From: Dimargaris cristalligena
Lineage: Eukaryota
Assembly: GCA_003614675.1 (NCBI GenBank)
Contig: ML002215.1
Span: forward strand, 1-64,000
DNA: 64,000 nt
Reading direction: 5' to 3'
In this document: positions 1 through 11,714 of the stretch, one piece after another
Position numbering within the stretch: the stretch's first letter is position 1
How the letters are laid out: the number at the start of each line of letters is the position of its first letter
Program-made: the position numbers and the translations under genes
The notes under the pieces: model-generated
What the model was told of the DNA's origin: nothing
Database searches by the model: none
The model's input: the letters and a program-made list of their open reading frames with translations, nothing else

Positions 1-17
1 TCAGGGGCAGGGGCAGG

Positions 18-198
18 GGCTCATTCACTCATCAGGGGTGTACTTCTGATAAGTGTGAAAAATGGATTAAAAATAAAAGTAGGTAAAAAATGTGGTAAGT
101 TCACCACAGGCTCATTCACTCATCAGGGGCATACTTCCAATAAGTGCAAAAAATAGATAAAAAATAAAAGTAGGTAAAACTGTAGTAAGTTCACTATA
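18..198. repeat. Tandem direct duplication of a ~91-bp unit (18-108, 109-198)
   Basis: Both units read GGCTCATTCACTCATCAGGGG...AAAATAAAAGTAGGTAAAA...GTAAGTTCAC. Differences include reciprocal TG/CA pairs (GTGTAC/GCATAC, CTGAT/CCAAT, GTGTGA/GTGCAA). Confidence 0.9.
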
Positions 199-638
199 GA
201 TAGCACTGGATTTATTACCAGAGTCAAGTATACTTTAACCCCTTTACCAATTAACAATACTATAATAACTGGGTCCCCCATTGACTTAGAACAAGGTACT
301 TTATTCACAAAAGGGATGGTCAATATTTAGAGGTAGATAGGAGAGACAGCAGGTGGTGGATATATAGTCAGGGCCTCCTGGTCCTCTCATTTCAAGTAAA
401 CCAATAGCTGTATAGTTTACTGTTCAAATTGGGTTGAGAGGAGGGAACATGCCTCTCAGAGTTGATTGACCCAGATACCAGATCACTTTATGTGGGTCCC
501 ATCTAGAGTTAAATAAGGTCACATACCCAAGTGGTATAAGTGGGCCCTTATCCTACTCTATTATCATTTCCACAGTAGCAGCAGTAGTCTCCTCATGGGT
601 GTGAGGTAAAGGGGGGTACCCTCTTTTAGTGGGCTTAA

Positions 639-1211
639 TGTTAGACTATTTAGTCTACCTTAATCTAGCTAACTTAGGTATCCAACCTTATTAGGCCTTA
701 TAGTACCATATTAGCCTTCCCATAGTCACCCCTAGTACCATGGGATTATCCCTTATAATATAACCCTTCCCCTTCTGGACTCCACCCCATCACACTAATT
801 ACTTGAGTACTGATCCAAAGACTCTTCTGGTTACCCTCAGAGTCTTCTGGATACCTGCGACCATCCAGTTAGCCTATCTACCTATTCCCTAGTCTTAGTA
901 ATATCCTCCCCTTGGGACCTCCCTCTGGAGCTACTCCTACATATATATAACTGGGCCCCATTGGGACTAGTTAGATTCCTTAGTTTACTCCTACCCCTAG
1001 TTTACCCCAATAAACTCTATATATGCTCATCCCCCTTATACTGACTAGTAAGTATACCCACTGTATATCCCTACTTCTAAGCCTTTATTAGTTAGTACTG
1101 TGCCCTGTACCTAATACTAGAAGCCTACTTAGTTGAGCCTAAGCCCTACCTACCATTAGAAGCCTATCCTTAGGACTCTTGATAGACTAAGAGTAATTAA
1201 CCTAGTTGATA
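639..1211 (+). mobile_element. Degenerate LTR-like repeat, copy 1 (paralog of 54577-55159)
   Basis: Colinear similarity to 54577-55159 over ~575 bp (e.g. ACTTGAGTACTGATCCAAAG, CCTCCCCTTGGGACCTCCCTCTGGAGCTA). Starts TGTT; internal TATATATAA (~942) and AATAAA (~1009). Confidence 0.7.
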
Positions 1212-1335
1212 ACCCCTTATTTAGTTCATTTTATCTGATATCCTCTTAAGGGATCATTTTCTTCATATTTTATATATTTGGTAGTAGCTACTGTGTTATT
1301 TGGCTTTATTATCATTAAATATATAGTGTATCATT

Positions 1336-1479
1336 ATATGGGGGAAGTTCATTCAGGCTGTATAATAAAAAATCCATTAGATGAGGCCCATATTACTGGT
1401 CAAAATTTATTCTTATATATATTCACCTATGCATATATTATGTAAAACCTTTTACAGTTGGTTTGAATTTCACCCTTAT
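1336..1479 (+). mobile_element. MITE family copy A (~144 bp)
   Basis: ATATGGGGGAAGTTCATTCAGGCTGTA...TACAGTTGGTTTGAATTTCACCCTTAT; imperfect ~27-bp terminal inverted repeats; matches four other copies in the window. Confidence 0.85.
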
Positions 1480-2800
1480 GAGTGATACCCTATCCTAAGT
1501 CGGCTATTACTGGTTTATCTGTCAAACTAATTACAATACCCCCAATACCTTAAGACTTGGTAATTAATTTGAACTCTCAATTGAGACCCACTCCTATCCC
1601 ACTAGGTGATGCTCTTCACTGTCACCCCAGACTTCTGGGTCTTACATGTCCCTAATTCCATAAATGTGTACACTCTATCATGATACCATAGAGGCCTGGT
1701 GCAATTTTAGAATAGCAGTAAGTTCAATCCAATTCTGGATGGTGCAAACAAGACCCTAGCCCACATGAGTTCTAGGAAGCCTCATACTCAGCCACAGGGA
1801 GTGTTCATCAAACATATTTGCAAATACCTAAAAGACTTGCTTTGACCAATGGTGGTGTTGGCCTCAATGATATCCATGGGTGCTCACAGTTAGGTTATTA
1901 GTTTATCTTGATAACTGGAATACACCTTGTATAATTGATGATCACTCCAGTGCCACACTGGAGGCTATAGGATAGGACCACTCCACTCCACAGGAGCTAT
2001 TTGTTAATTGTAATGTATTGGCATGTAGCAGAGATGCCAACTAGAAGAAGGTGGCTCCTAAGCATAGTGTACTAAAGGGGGTGGCTTAAAAATGGACCTT
2101 GGACTACCTCCCAGTGGTATCTGATGTGGGGATTATTTGTGATGTTTGGGTGTTGCAATGGCCCTGGGAGATTGCCAAATAATTAAGTGTGGCCTAGTTT
2201 TATCAGGCCTGACAATCATGGGCAACACATCTAATGAAGTAGTCTGAATCAACAGGGTTTTAAGTCAAAATACCAAAGCAGATGGCTGTATTTGGTGTTT
2301 GGGACACTTCTCAAACATTGAAGTAGAACCCACCCCCCTCCTGCTTCACTAGTACTTGAGAAAGTAAAGTGCCAGATACATTACTTTCCCCTTTGCTGGC
2401 CCATTGCCCCCGTGTAGGTCAGTAATCACTAGTATCCATAGCGAGCACTGGAATTGTGTATGGTATTGTAGTTTTGTTCGTCTTTTTTAGGCCACATAAC
2501 TTGACCAGCTCAGCCCAGCCACTCCGATTTTACATTATACAGTTGGCTCGGATTCCTCCCATGTAATTACTACCCTAGTCAGCTGGACCCACCCGCTCAC
2601 TAATGGCCATGGGGAATGGGCACTATGATATTTAGGAGTCTGGCTTTTGCTTGATACATGGACTCTTGAATTATCCTCTTTCTTTTGTTATTCCCATTTC
2701 CTGTAGCACCTCGTAACTGAAGCAAGACATTCCCCTCCCGTCACTCCATTTCTATACTTTGGCATATAGCATTCCTAACGAAAACGGACATTTAAGCACC

Positions 2801-4690
2801 ATGGCCCAACAGGAAGGCGGAGTCATCCTCGAAACCACACTAGTAAGTCGGACGCGTAGTTTCGCACACCATGGGGACAGTCCGATGAACAGTTCACCAT
2901 TTAGGTGATATGTTTTTTTTTTGCTTAGACCGCTTCCATTGCGTAGTAACGGCGATTCGAATCCGGCGTGGCCAGCAAATGTGTTTTGCACCTCTAACCC
3001 AAGTTTTTTTATTAAACCCATTCTATTGCCCCATGTTCCCCATTTGGTCAACGATTAGGGACCTATCGAGGTCGAGTTATATTGGAAGGAGGCCCCTCAG
3101 ACTTGTCACAATTTTTATGAGTTGGTAAGTGTAGTATACAGCTCTCGGTATTTACATATTTCCGAATATATAGTGAACCACCGCTGCGTTGCTTCATTAT
3201 ATTCTCTAACCGTCGCAATCTACCGAATTTACAACCCATTCGATGCATTTAAATAATGTATACATTACTCAGGCGAAAACCGGCTACTATAATAATACGG
3301 AGGTAAGTTAGTACTCGTTTTTTTAACACGACAGGTGTACGCTCCAGACTTACTTAGCCAAAGAATTGATACATATACTCTCGCCTCTAGCAATATGGCA
3401 GATTGAAATACGAGCAAAGACTTGACTGAAGATACATACCTCATCTACACTATTTCTGCAACTGTCGCTTAGTTCCACCGCATTATTAGGGTAAGTTGAG
3501 TTCGTATTACACCTTCTTTACCAATAGCTAGATATATAGATTACAGCAATAAGGCAGCGATAACTTCGCCTTCCCTTACTCGATATTCAAATTGTTAATT
3601 TTTCGGGCATGCCACTAAATCCGAACATTTGATTTTCTATGTCGCGTGAATAGGATTTCATGATCCAAGGCGGTGATCCGACTGCCACCGGCCGCGGTGG
3701 CTCCTCGATATACGGGTAAGCAATAACTGTGAACCTAACCATGAATATATGCCTATATTTAATAATAGCTTTCCGGCCATGGCGTTCAATTATACATTCG
3801 GCCCTGATTGTAGATACACTGCTTTCTTCTTGTCTAACTATATTGTGTACAATTCTAATCAATTTTTGGTGGTGTGGGGTATAATCAGAGGCAAGTTTGC
3901 TGACGAGATTACTGATAAACTTAAGCACACCGGAGCTGGGATACTAAGCATGGCGAACAGCGGGCCAAATACCAACGGTAGCCAGGTAATTCTATTTGTC
4001 GAATTATTGAAGCAGTGAATGATCCACTAGTCAACACTACTGCATAACCGTGATGGAATCGTAGGTGGTAATTTAACTAGGACCTTGACTAAACGACATT
4101 TATATTATATTTCATTATTTAAATACCCATCCGGCCATTTAGTTCTTCATTACTCTGGCGCCTACCAACTGGCTAGACGGTAAGTGATTTCATTCATTTC
4201 TACATATTTCTTCATGTATTTATCCAACATTTATTCTAAGGCATTTTTTTATTATTTCTACCGGATCCTTACCATGCAGTATAATTGCACGACTGCCCCT
4301 GCCCCTAACCAACTTCCCCCCCTCTCCCTATACCCACCGTTGGAATATACGCGGAACATCCTATAGGTAAACATACCATATTTGGTAGAGTCAAATCCGG
4401 AATGAAGGTGGTTCAACGGCTAGGACTCGTGCCCACAGATAAAGAAGACCGGTAAGTAGCACCCTCAACTGAAAGAAATGTGACTAGCAATCGATTAATG
4501 GCGCGACCACTACTTCATGCCTAAATGCTATATATGTCCAGATGACTAACTGCAGCTGAACAAAGTAAAAGGGATTTAGCGAGTATAGACTAACTATTGG
4601 ACATACCCCATGTAATTGCATTTTGAATACTATATTCCATCCCTTAGACCTACCGAAAAAGTCTCTATCATGCGTGCCTCAACTTGCTAA
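2801..4690 (+). CDS. PPIL1: Spliceosomal cyclophilin-type peptidyl-prolyl isomerase (PPIL1-like), 9 exons, ~159 aa
   Basis: Exons 2801-2842, 3059-3124, 3273-3302, 3473-3490, 3654-3715, 3889-3985, 4143-4179, 4367-4451, 4648-4690, all GT-AG. They splice in frame to [73 protein letters not shown]...[37 protein letters not shown]... Confidence 0.93.
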
Positions 4691-6068
4691 AACGGGCATT
4701 AGCTGCTCGGTGTAGCAGCGGCCACCCCCTTATTTTCCTTGTGGCGAGTCCGACTATCTTTAATGGGTCGACATCCCGTATTCCACATATGCGAACTCGA
4801 CCTGGTGATGGTTAAAGCGAAGCAATAGCAATAAAGCATTTGAACCCATCCAGGCCCTTCACAGCTAGTTTTAAGAATTCCCAATCTGAGTTACTCTGGA
4901 CTCATTATTGCAATGGTGATAGAGCGTTGATAAGATTGATCGGCGATGGTCTCTCAATCAGCGATGACAGGTTTATCGGAGATGCCAATGAGTTCTTTTT
5001 TGATAAGGGTGGGCTATAGAGCAGGTAGAGGAGATGTCGGAGATCGGATCACCAGGCTATAGAGGCTGAACCGACCATAACCGTACAGGATAGGCGGTAT
5101 TCAGTGGATCCAGGCTATTGTTTTTACCCCTTCCCCTTCATTCAGCAGCTATAATCGGCGGGCCCTGCACAATCACTCGTTCCCCCTGGCCCGGAAGTAA
5201 TAGTGATTCAGGCGGGGTGCAATAGCGGGTCGGGTGGAGCCGCCTGCACTGGCGGGGGAACATTAGGAAATGAAACTACACATGCATTAAATTAGGGCCG
5301 GTTAAATAGACAAGCCATGATGATTTGCCAGTTGCTCTGTGAGATATTCCGCGGGTAAGCTGTCAAAGTTGAACGTGAAGGAAGGGGAGCGATTCAGATC
5401 ATATGATTCGCCACCTCAATCGAGACGGATGACGGATGGGTCGCCGAATTAATAGGGCCCAATCAAGGGCAAAACTGTATATTTTGCTTGGCTGTTCCCG
5501 TTGGAAACAAAGAATGTGGAGACCCGCCGCCAATCCCCTTCTCCACCTCTCCCTGGTGTTAAATCGTACCATGGGTCTGGACTGTGTTGTGGTAATGTAC
5601 ACATTATTGGCGAATACGAGGCAAATCAACCTCTTTGCCTTCCTATTTTACCCTCTAAAAATATATTTTGACTAGGTGTGCCGCAAAAAAATATAAGCGC
5701 TGTGCGTGGCTGTGAGTGAACTTGAAGGCCACGAAGGTTGTCTATCATGAACAATAGTGGTATATTCAAGCAGAGCGGCAAACCAGGCCAGTAGTGGTAG
5801 GTAGTATAGATAAATATGGACCAAGAAGGGTTGGGGGAGTGGAAAAGAAGGGGAGGAGAGAAAAGAAGAGGGTCATATGGATGGATACATCCCCCAACCA
5901 ACTAACCCTTATTTTCGGACCCAAAGCTTCGAATATTATTATTATCCACCCTTTCGGTGCAATATTTTCTTTTAATCTTCTCCTCCAGCACCGTCTCCCA
6001 ATGGTTGGCCCGGCATTCCCCTTCCTCGACCTCCCTTCTCCCCTCCTTACCCTCCTCCACTGCCCGAG

Positions 6069-7463
6069 ATGAGTCACTCCGTCTTCCACCTCGAGGACGA
6101 TTTCCTCCCCCTCCCGCCCTCTCCCCAAGTTAGTAGCACCCCCACCGGGAATAATAGCAACTACACCACCGACGCCCTGGTCTCGGCGGTTCGCCAATGC
6201 CGCCTGAGCAGCCACCGTCCGATGCTATCGCCCATCGACCCCGGCAATTTAAGCGACAGTAGCTCCCAATACCAACACCACCAACCCCCTGCCTCGGGCG
6301 CAGCGTCGCCGCAGCCCCCCCACCTCGGCACCAGTTGCGTTGAGGAAGAACACGTGCTCAAAGCCATCGTCCATGAGGCCGAGGCCCAGGCCCCCAAAGT
6401 TGGCCTGGACCATTTCCACATTCTGCGCCTCATCGGTCGGGGTGCCTACGGCAAAGTGTTTCTGGTGCAGCATAAGCTGTCTGGCCAGTACTACGCCATG
6501 AAGGCCATCCACAAGGCCTTCGTTACCGAGGATACCCGCAACATTGAATTGACTAGGGCTGAGCGCACCATTCTGGAGGACGTCCAGCACCCCTTTATCG
6601 TGCGGCTGTTTTACGCTTTTCAAACCGACCACCGCCTCTACCTTATCCTGGAGTACATCCCCGGGGGCGAACTGTTCCACCACCTCTACCACGAGTGTAT
6701 GTTCCCCGAACGGGTGGCCCGCTTCTTTATTGCTGAAGTCGTGTGTGCCTTAGAACACCTGCATACCCTCGGCATCATCTACCGTGACCTGAAACCCGAG
6801 AACTGCCTCATTGATCGGGAGGGTCATTTAGTCCTAACGGACTTTGGCCTGTCCAAACTGGGGTTGCCCAGCAACGGCAAGACCAGCACCTTCTGCGGCA
6901 CCACCGAATACATGGCCCCCGAAATCCTCAACGAGCAGCCCTATGACCAGGCGGTGGACTGGTGGTCATTGGGCATTTTGCTGTTCGACATGATCACGGG
7001 TAGCCCGCCCTTCACGGGGGACAATAAGAATTCGGTCATGAACGCCATCCGTCGCGCCCAACTGAAGTTTCCCCGCTACGTATCTCCTGCGGCTCGTCAA
7101 CTGGTCCAGGCCCTGCTCCATAAGGACCCGGCGAAACGGCTCGGGACCTTCACGGGCCCCATAACCACCCACCGTGCTCGTCGACCTATGCCCAGCGGTG
7201 GTGGGGGATTGGGGCGGCGGCATTCCCGCATCCGCCAACATAAATTCTTCGATGGGCTGGACTGGGCGGCCGTTGAAGCACGGACCGTTAAATCGCCCAT
7301 AATCCCCAAAATCCGTGGGGACGACGACACGAGTAACTTTTCGACCGAGTTTACCTCCCAGCCCATTGCCGAGTCCCCCGGGGGTTTACCCCCACCGAGC
7401 CCTAGCACCGACATCCTTTTCCACGGGTTTAGTTATACCGCCGAAAGCCATCATTTCGGTTGA
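6069..7463 (+). CDS. AGC-family Ser/Thr kinase, S6K/Psk1/Ypk3-like, intronless, 464 aa
   Basis: GRGAYGKV, YAMK, YRDLKPEN, DFG, TFCGTTEYMAPE; C-terminal turn motif ESP and hydrophobic motif FHGFSY. Confidence 0.93.
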   Translation: MSHSVFHLEDDFLPLPPSPQVSSTPTGNNSNYTTDALVSAVRQCRLSSHRPMLSPIDPGNLSDSSSQYQHHQPPASGAASPQPPHLGTSCVEEEHVLKAIVHEAEAQAPKVGLDHFHILRLIGRGAYGKVFLVQHKLSGQYYAMKAIHKAFVTEDTRNIELTRAERTILEDVQHPFIVRLFYAFQTDHRLYLILEYIPGGELFHHLYHECMFPERVARFFIAEVVCALEHLHTLGIIYRDLKPENCLIDREGHLVLTDFGLSKLGLPSNGKTSTFCGTTEYMAPEILNEQPYDQAVDWWSLGILLFDMITGSPPFTGDNKNSVMNAIRRAQLKFPRYVSPAARQLVQALLHKDPAKRLGTFTGPITTHRARRPMPSGGGGLGRRHSRIRQHKFFDGLDWAAVEARTVKSPIIPKIRGDDDTSNFSTEFTSQPIAESPGGLPPPSPSTDILFHGFSYTAESHHFG

Positions 7464-7860
7464 CTAGCTTCAACATCAACACGATGGTGGTTGTGGTGGC
7501 GGCGGCGGAAACTGGATTTGGACCTTCCATTGTTGGTCTACTGTGGCAATACTACAACTGGCTATGGTTGTTCAAATGGCGGGTCTGTTAGCTCAAACTT
7601 TCCTAACCTAGCAATATATATATTTCTGATAAGTCTGCTGCATGTTTGGATAATGTGGTTTTCTCTGTTTGCGTATTTATACCAATGTCTCTACTTATTC
7701 ACTGGCTGGCAAAGGTCAGTAGTAGCAAGGCAAGCGAAAATAATACAATGCAGATTCCTCTACTCTGTATTTATTTTTAGTGTAGATAATAAAGGAAAGC
7801 AACCAACTGGTCAGAATTGGGAAGCAGGAGGGGCAGAACCTTGTAGTTAAAAGAACGAAG

Positions 7861-8004
7861 ATATGGGTGAAATTCAAACCAGCTGTATAAGGTTTTACAT
7901 AATACGTATATTAGCGAATATATGTGAGAATAGTTTTTAACCAGTAATATTGGCCTCATCCAATGGATTTTTCATTATACAGCCTGAATGAACTTCTCCC
8001 ATGT
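7861..8004 (-). mobile_element. MITE family copy B (144 bp, reverse orientation)
   Basis: ATATGGGTGAAATTCAAACCAGCTGTA...TACAGCCTGAATGAACTTCTCCCATGT, the reverse complement of the other copies. Confidence 0.88.
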
Positions 8005-8375
8005 CATTTGATACTAATAGAAACCGATGGACGAAATAAACGACTGGAGAGTATGTGTTTGTAGCGGCATAAATATGTATGGTGGGATCTGTGGCCCGGA
8101 ATGCAGAGCGGATAAAAACGCAGTCAGAACCTTTAGCTTACCAAATTAACCATAGTTTATTCTGTAAAGTCGCTTGGGCGTGCATAGCTCATTCAAAATA
8201 CTAAAACCAAGCCAATCAAGTATTCCATTATTACAGTTTGATACTCGCGAATAAGTATAATCACTACTGCGTACACACGATAGCCAGGAATATTTTTTGC
8301 TATTTATAGATATGGGCCAACATTAGATAGAAGCAAAGAGGTAGGGTGTAATATAAAGTCAGGCTTCTTCTTGAC

Positions 8376-8894
8376 CTAGGCTTCGATGACCGACGCGGTT
8401 TGGGGCCAGGACTTCATAATATCGGCGTCCCTGGGGCGAGGTCGGTAAGTTAGGGTCATGGCATAGGAATCGTCGCCGGTGATCAAAAAACAGTCAAAGG
8501 TGGCGGCCACCAACTCCTTATATTCGCCCTCCTCGCTCTCGAATTCGCCATAGTTGTGGATACCGGTGAGTCGAACTACGTAAGTCTTGAAGTCGGGCCC
8601 GTTGGGGTCGCAGATGGCAGGGCCCGTCGGAGTGGGGGTAGGCGTGTCGGTCGTGGATTCCTTGGTGACACTAGGGGTAGTAGGGTCAGTTGGGGTTACG
8701 CTGCTGGCGGTATCAACGGGAATGGTCGCAGTGGTAGCGGTAGCGGTGACAGTGGCGGGGGCTTCGGGGCCACACTTATTGGAGCTGTCGCGACGGACGA
8801 GACGGGTACAGGTTGGGCTGGCGGGAAGGGCATGGACAAGGGCGAGGTTCTGGACGGCGGCGAGGGCACAGACAGAGAACAAAAGAACCTTCAC
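8376..8894 (-). CDS. Secreted Thr/Pro-rich protein, paralog 1 of tandem family; homologous start codon is GTG
   Basis: (V)KVLLFSVCALAAVQNLALVHALP signal-like N-terminus, CTRLVRRDSSNKCGPE motif, T/P linker and conserved C-terminal ~75-aa domain. No in-frame ATG before the upstream TAA at 8940-8942. Confidence 0.7.
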   Translation of the reverse strand: MKVLLFSVCALAAVQNLALVHALPASPTCTRLVRRDSSNKCGPEAPATVTATATTATIPVDTASSVTPTDPTTPSVTKESTTDTPTPTPTGPAICDPNGPDFKTYVVRLTGIHNYGEFESEEGEYKELVAATFDCFLITGDDSYAMTLTYRPRPRDADIMKSWPQTASVIEA

Positions 8895-9997
8895 GGTAAA
8901 AATAGTACTTAGAAAATTGGATAGACACAGCACAAAATATTAATAATTAAAGGGTTAATGTTAATTCCTATAGTGTTTGGCCATGATATTGCTATAATTA
9001 AAGCAACTCCCTAGTTCGCCTTTTGATAAAGTGAGGGCACAGGGATTTTGTTACAATACCATCCACGGAGGGCGGGGAGGGGCTCCTTGCTTGGCCCATG
9101 TGCCTATATTTTAGTAACCTTCCCAGGAGCTGAACCGGTGGGCCTGGCCATTCTAATACCGCCCTTGGCTGTTATGATTCGCCGCCATTAGGCGATCATA
9201 TTCCCATCTATTATATTCGAATAAGTGATTGAATAATAAGATGAGCAGGCCTGTATGGCCAGCTCGCTTATGAGACAAGAAGCTCTACTCGGCTCATTGT
9301 TGGTAAACATATAGGGCAATCTGCCAAAATTGCATACACATCAAATAGAACGCAATTGCCGAGGGTCGCTATGGGGGTAATCCCTACCCCCACTGCCTTC
9401 GCTGAAGTAAAACTTCGCCCCTCCCGCTGATAAGCACAGTGTAAGTTCATTCTCGTTTGGGGACGTAGTACCTTTTTCGTTTGGACTGATGTATCGAATA
9501 TAAAGGCATAGTAACCATTGGGGGATGACCAATACAATCAAGTAATGCGTTGGCATTTAAATACCATCGATTAAACAACGTAAAAAGTGGTGTAAATATA
9601 CCTAACCCTCCCAGTTAACCAAGTCACTTTTAAAGAGGGGGAAACTCCTTTTGGTGCCCAAGTATTTTGTTTAGTATCCCATTAAGAATAATTTTATATT
9701 GCCGGTATTTGCAACAGGCGTTCTTCCAGCCGTAGTCCATACACGACGATATTCGATAGGTATACATCAACTATAATGGACAAATGGAAGGTCAATAGTC
9801 CTCGCGTTGCTCTATGAACGAAAAGAGGAAAATCAAGCTTATGCATCCCAAATATCTTAATATGTCTCACAATACCAATAATTAAACTAATTCAACCGAA
9901 AAACGGCTGTTGCAGTAAACCTCCACGATATAATTTTATTCCACAACTTAGTTAAGTTGGAAAGACAGATCTAGCGGATACAATGACTCCCGAAACA

Positions 9998-10507
9998 TCA
10001 ACCGCCCAATTCCGTGACCGAAGCAATTTCGGGCCATTGTTTTAAAATTTCAGTGCCCCTCGCCTCTAGTCGCACAATGAGCTGCAGACCGTCGATGTCC
10101 GTATTTGAGATATAGTAGCGCAGATAAGCCTTCCCTAGTGTATCAGTGTAGGTCGCAATTTCGACCCGGGATTCTGTAAAATCGATGGCGCCCGAGAATC
10201 TGACACTATACACCTTAAACTCGGGGCCGAGAAGGGCACATACGGGGGTAGGGGTGGGGGTGATGATTGCCTCGGCGGTGACAGTGGGTGTGGTTATTGA
10301 GGAGGGAGTCTCAGAGCTAGCCGCAGGGTTAGTTGGCGGCGATACCATGATGTAGCTAAGGATTTTAGTAGTAATGGGTGTTTGAGGGTCTCGCTTATCG
10401 GAACCGTTACGCCGAGCCAAATGGACACAGCCTGCGTCTGCGGGGAGGGCCATGGCAATTCATTGCCAAACGATATAAGTACAAGTAACAGCTAATAAAT
10501 TATTCGT
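9998..10507 (-). pseudogene. Paralog 2 of the tandem secreted family, probably pseudogenized
   Basis: Frame upstream of the 151-aa ORF aligns without gaps to the paralog 3 signal peptide but has ACG at the Met1 position (10505-10507) and TGA at codon 16 (10460-10462). Two Cys conserved in the other paralogs are lost. Confidence 0.7.
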
Positions 10508-11714
10508 ACTTATTGACGTGTGGGTTAGGGTGAGCAATGGCTAGGTGCAATTAAAATAATAGATGCATAGGTGAATATGGTATCAATTGGATATAATAGA
10601 TGACCACTGTTGAGTATTTAACGCATGGGCCACCCAGCTGTATAGTGGCGGTATTTAAGCTAAACTACCATGAGTTTCCAGCGACAATACGAGCTGCCTC
10701 TCTTTACTTATATGCTGGCCATTCAGTTATTTTTCGAACTGACATATCCCGTAACACAAGTTTTGCAATGTGGAAAATCACCCTACCTACCTGGTGCTAT
10801 AAATAGAGGCCGATCAATGCCCCACTGAGTTTTGGTGGGAAGTTTCTGAGTCATTGGAGTGTGGTGGTGGATAGACCAGAATTCGACACCACAACATGCC
10901 AACTCCGTACCCCTAAAGATTGCCCAGACTTCGAAACCAATTTCGGTTACAATAGCAGATTCCCTTTCTGCAAGAAGGAATCAACTAAGAACCGTGATTT
11001 TCTTAACATACACATTGTTTTAGGCTTTCTGTCGAATGTTAGCTAATCATTCCTTCTCGGTTAATCGCTAAATTTGGACCGTTCCCCGAAAATGCCGATG
11101 ACCTAGGCATCACTACAATGATTAAAAAATTATTATGGAATATGGGTTCATAAAGCCAACAATAATGGGCGTAATGCTGTAATATGGCGAGAGTGAATTG
11201 TAAATAGTGGTGCCTTACTTATAGGAAAACAGCATGAGTAATCGGCAGACAACTCTTATTTAACACCATGCAATTAAAAACGATGTGGCATTGGCTTAGA
11301 GCCTACTATTCGTAGTGATAGACAGCCTAGCCTGCATAAACTCATCCATCACCCGGCTACTTGTGGGCTTGCCTTCACTTATCCTGCATATTTGCCGAAA
11401 ACCGACCCTGATATAGTTCAATCCAATATATTCAAGATGCTATAGTAGGGCATATTGGAGTTTAAAAACTAATATAATATTATTGAGTTTCGCCGGGCGT
11501 AAAATAATCAGAAACCATAATCATTGAAAGGGGAGAGGTTCGCCGAATGGTCGCTAAAATACTGTCGTTTACTTATGAAATATTATCTAATCGGATAGAG
11601 TCAACTAGCTTATAAGTGGTCTTAGTGTATTATATGAGTCGATTTATATGTATAAATGAAATCGGGGGAGAACAGGATGGTAAAGATAACGTACCCATCG
11701 GTCCCAATCGCTAT

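Larger units (their letters stand above)
1..2410. other. CpG-depleted, transition-mutated repeat/relic-transposon island
   Basis: By eye only 2 CpG (near 858 and 1501) in 2.4 kb. No credible ORF. Contains an LTR-like repeat, a MITE and a tandem duplication. Confidence 0.8.

Noticed and set aside
2925-2975. GATTCGAATCC T-loop-like motif in cyclophilin intron 1
   Set aside because: No cloverleaf or acceptor stem can be built around it.
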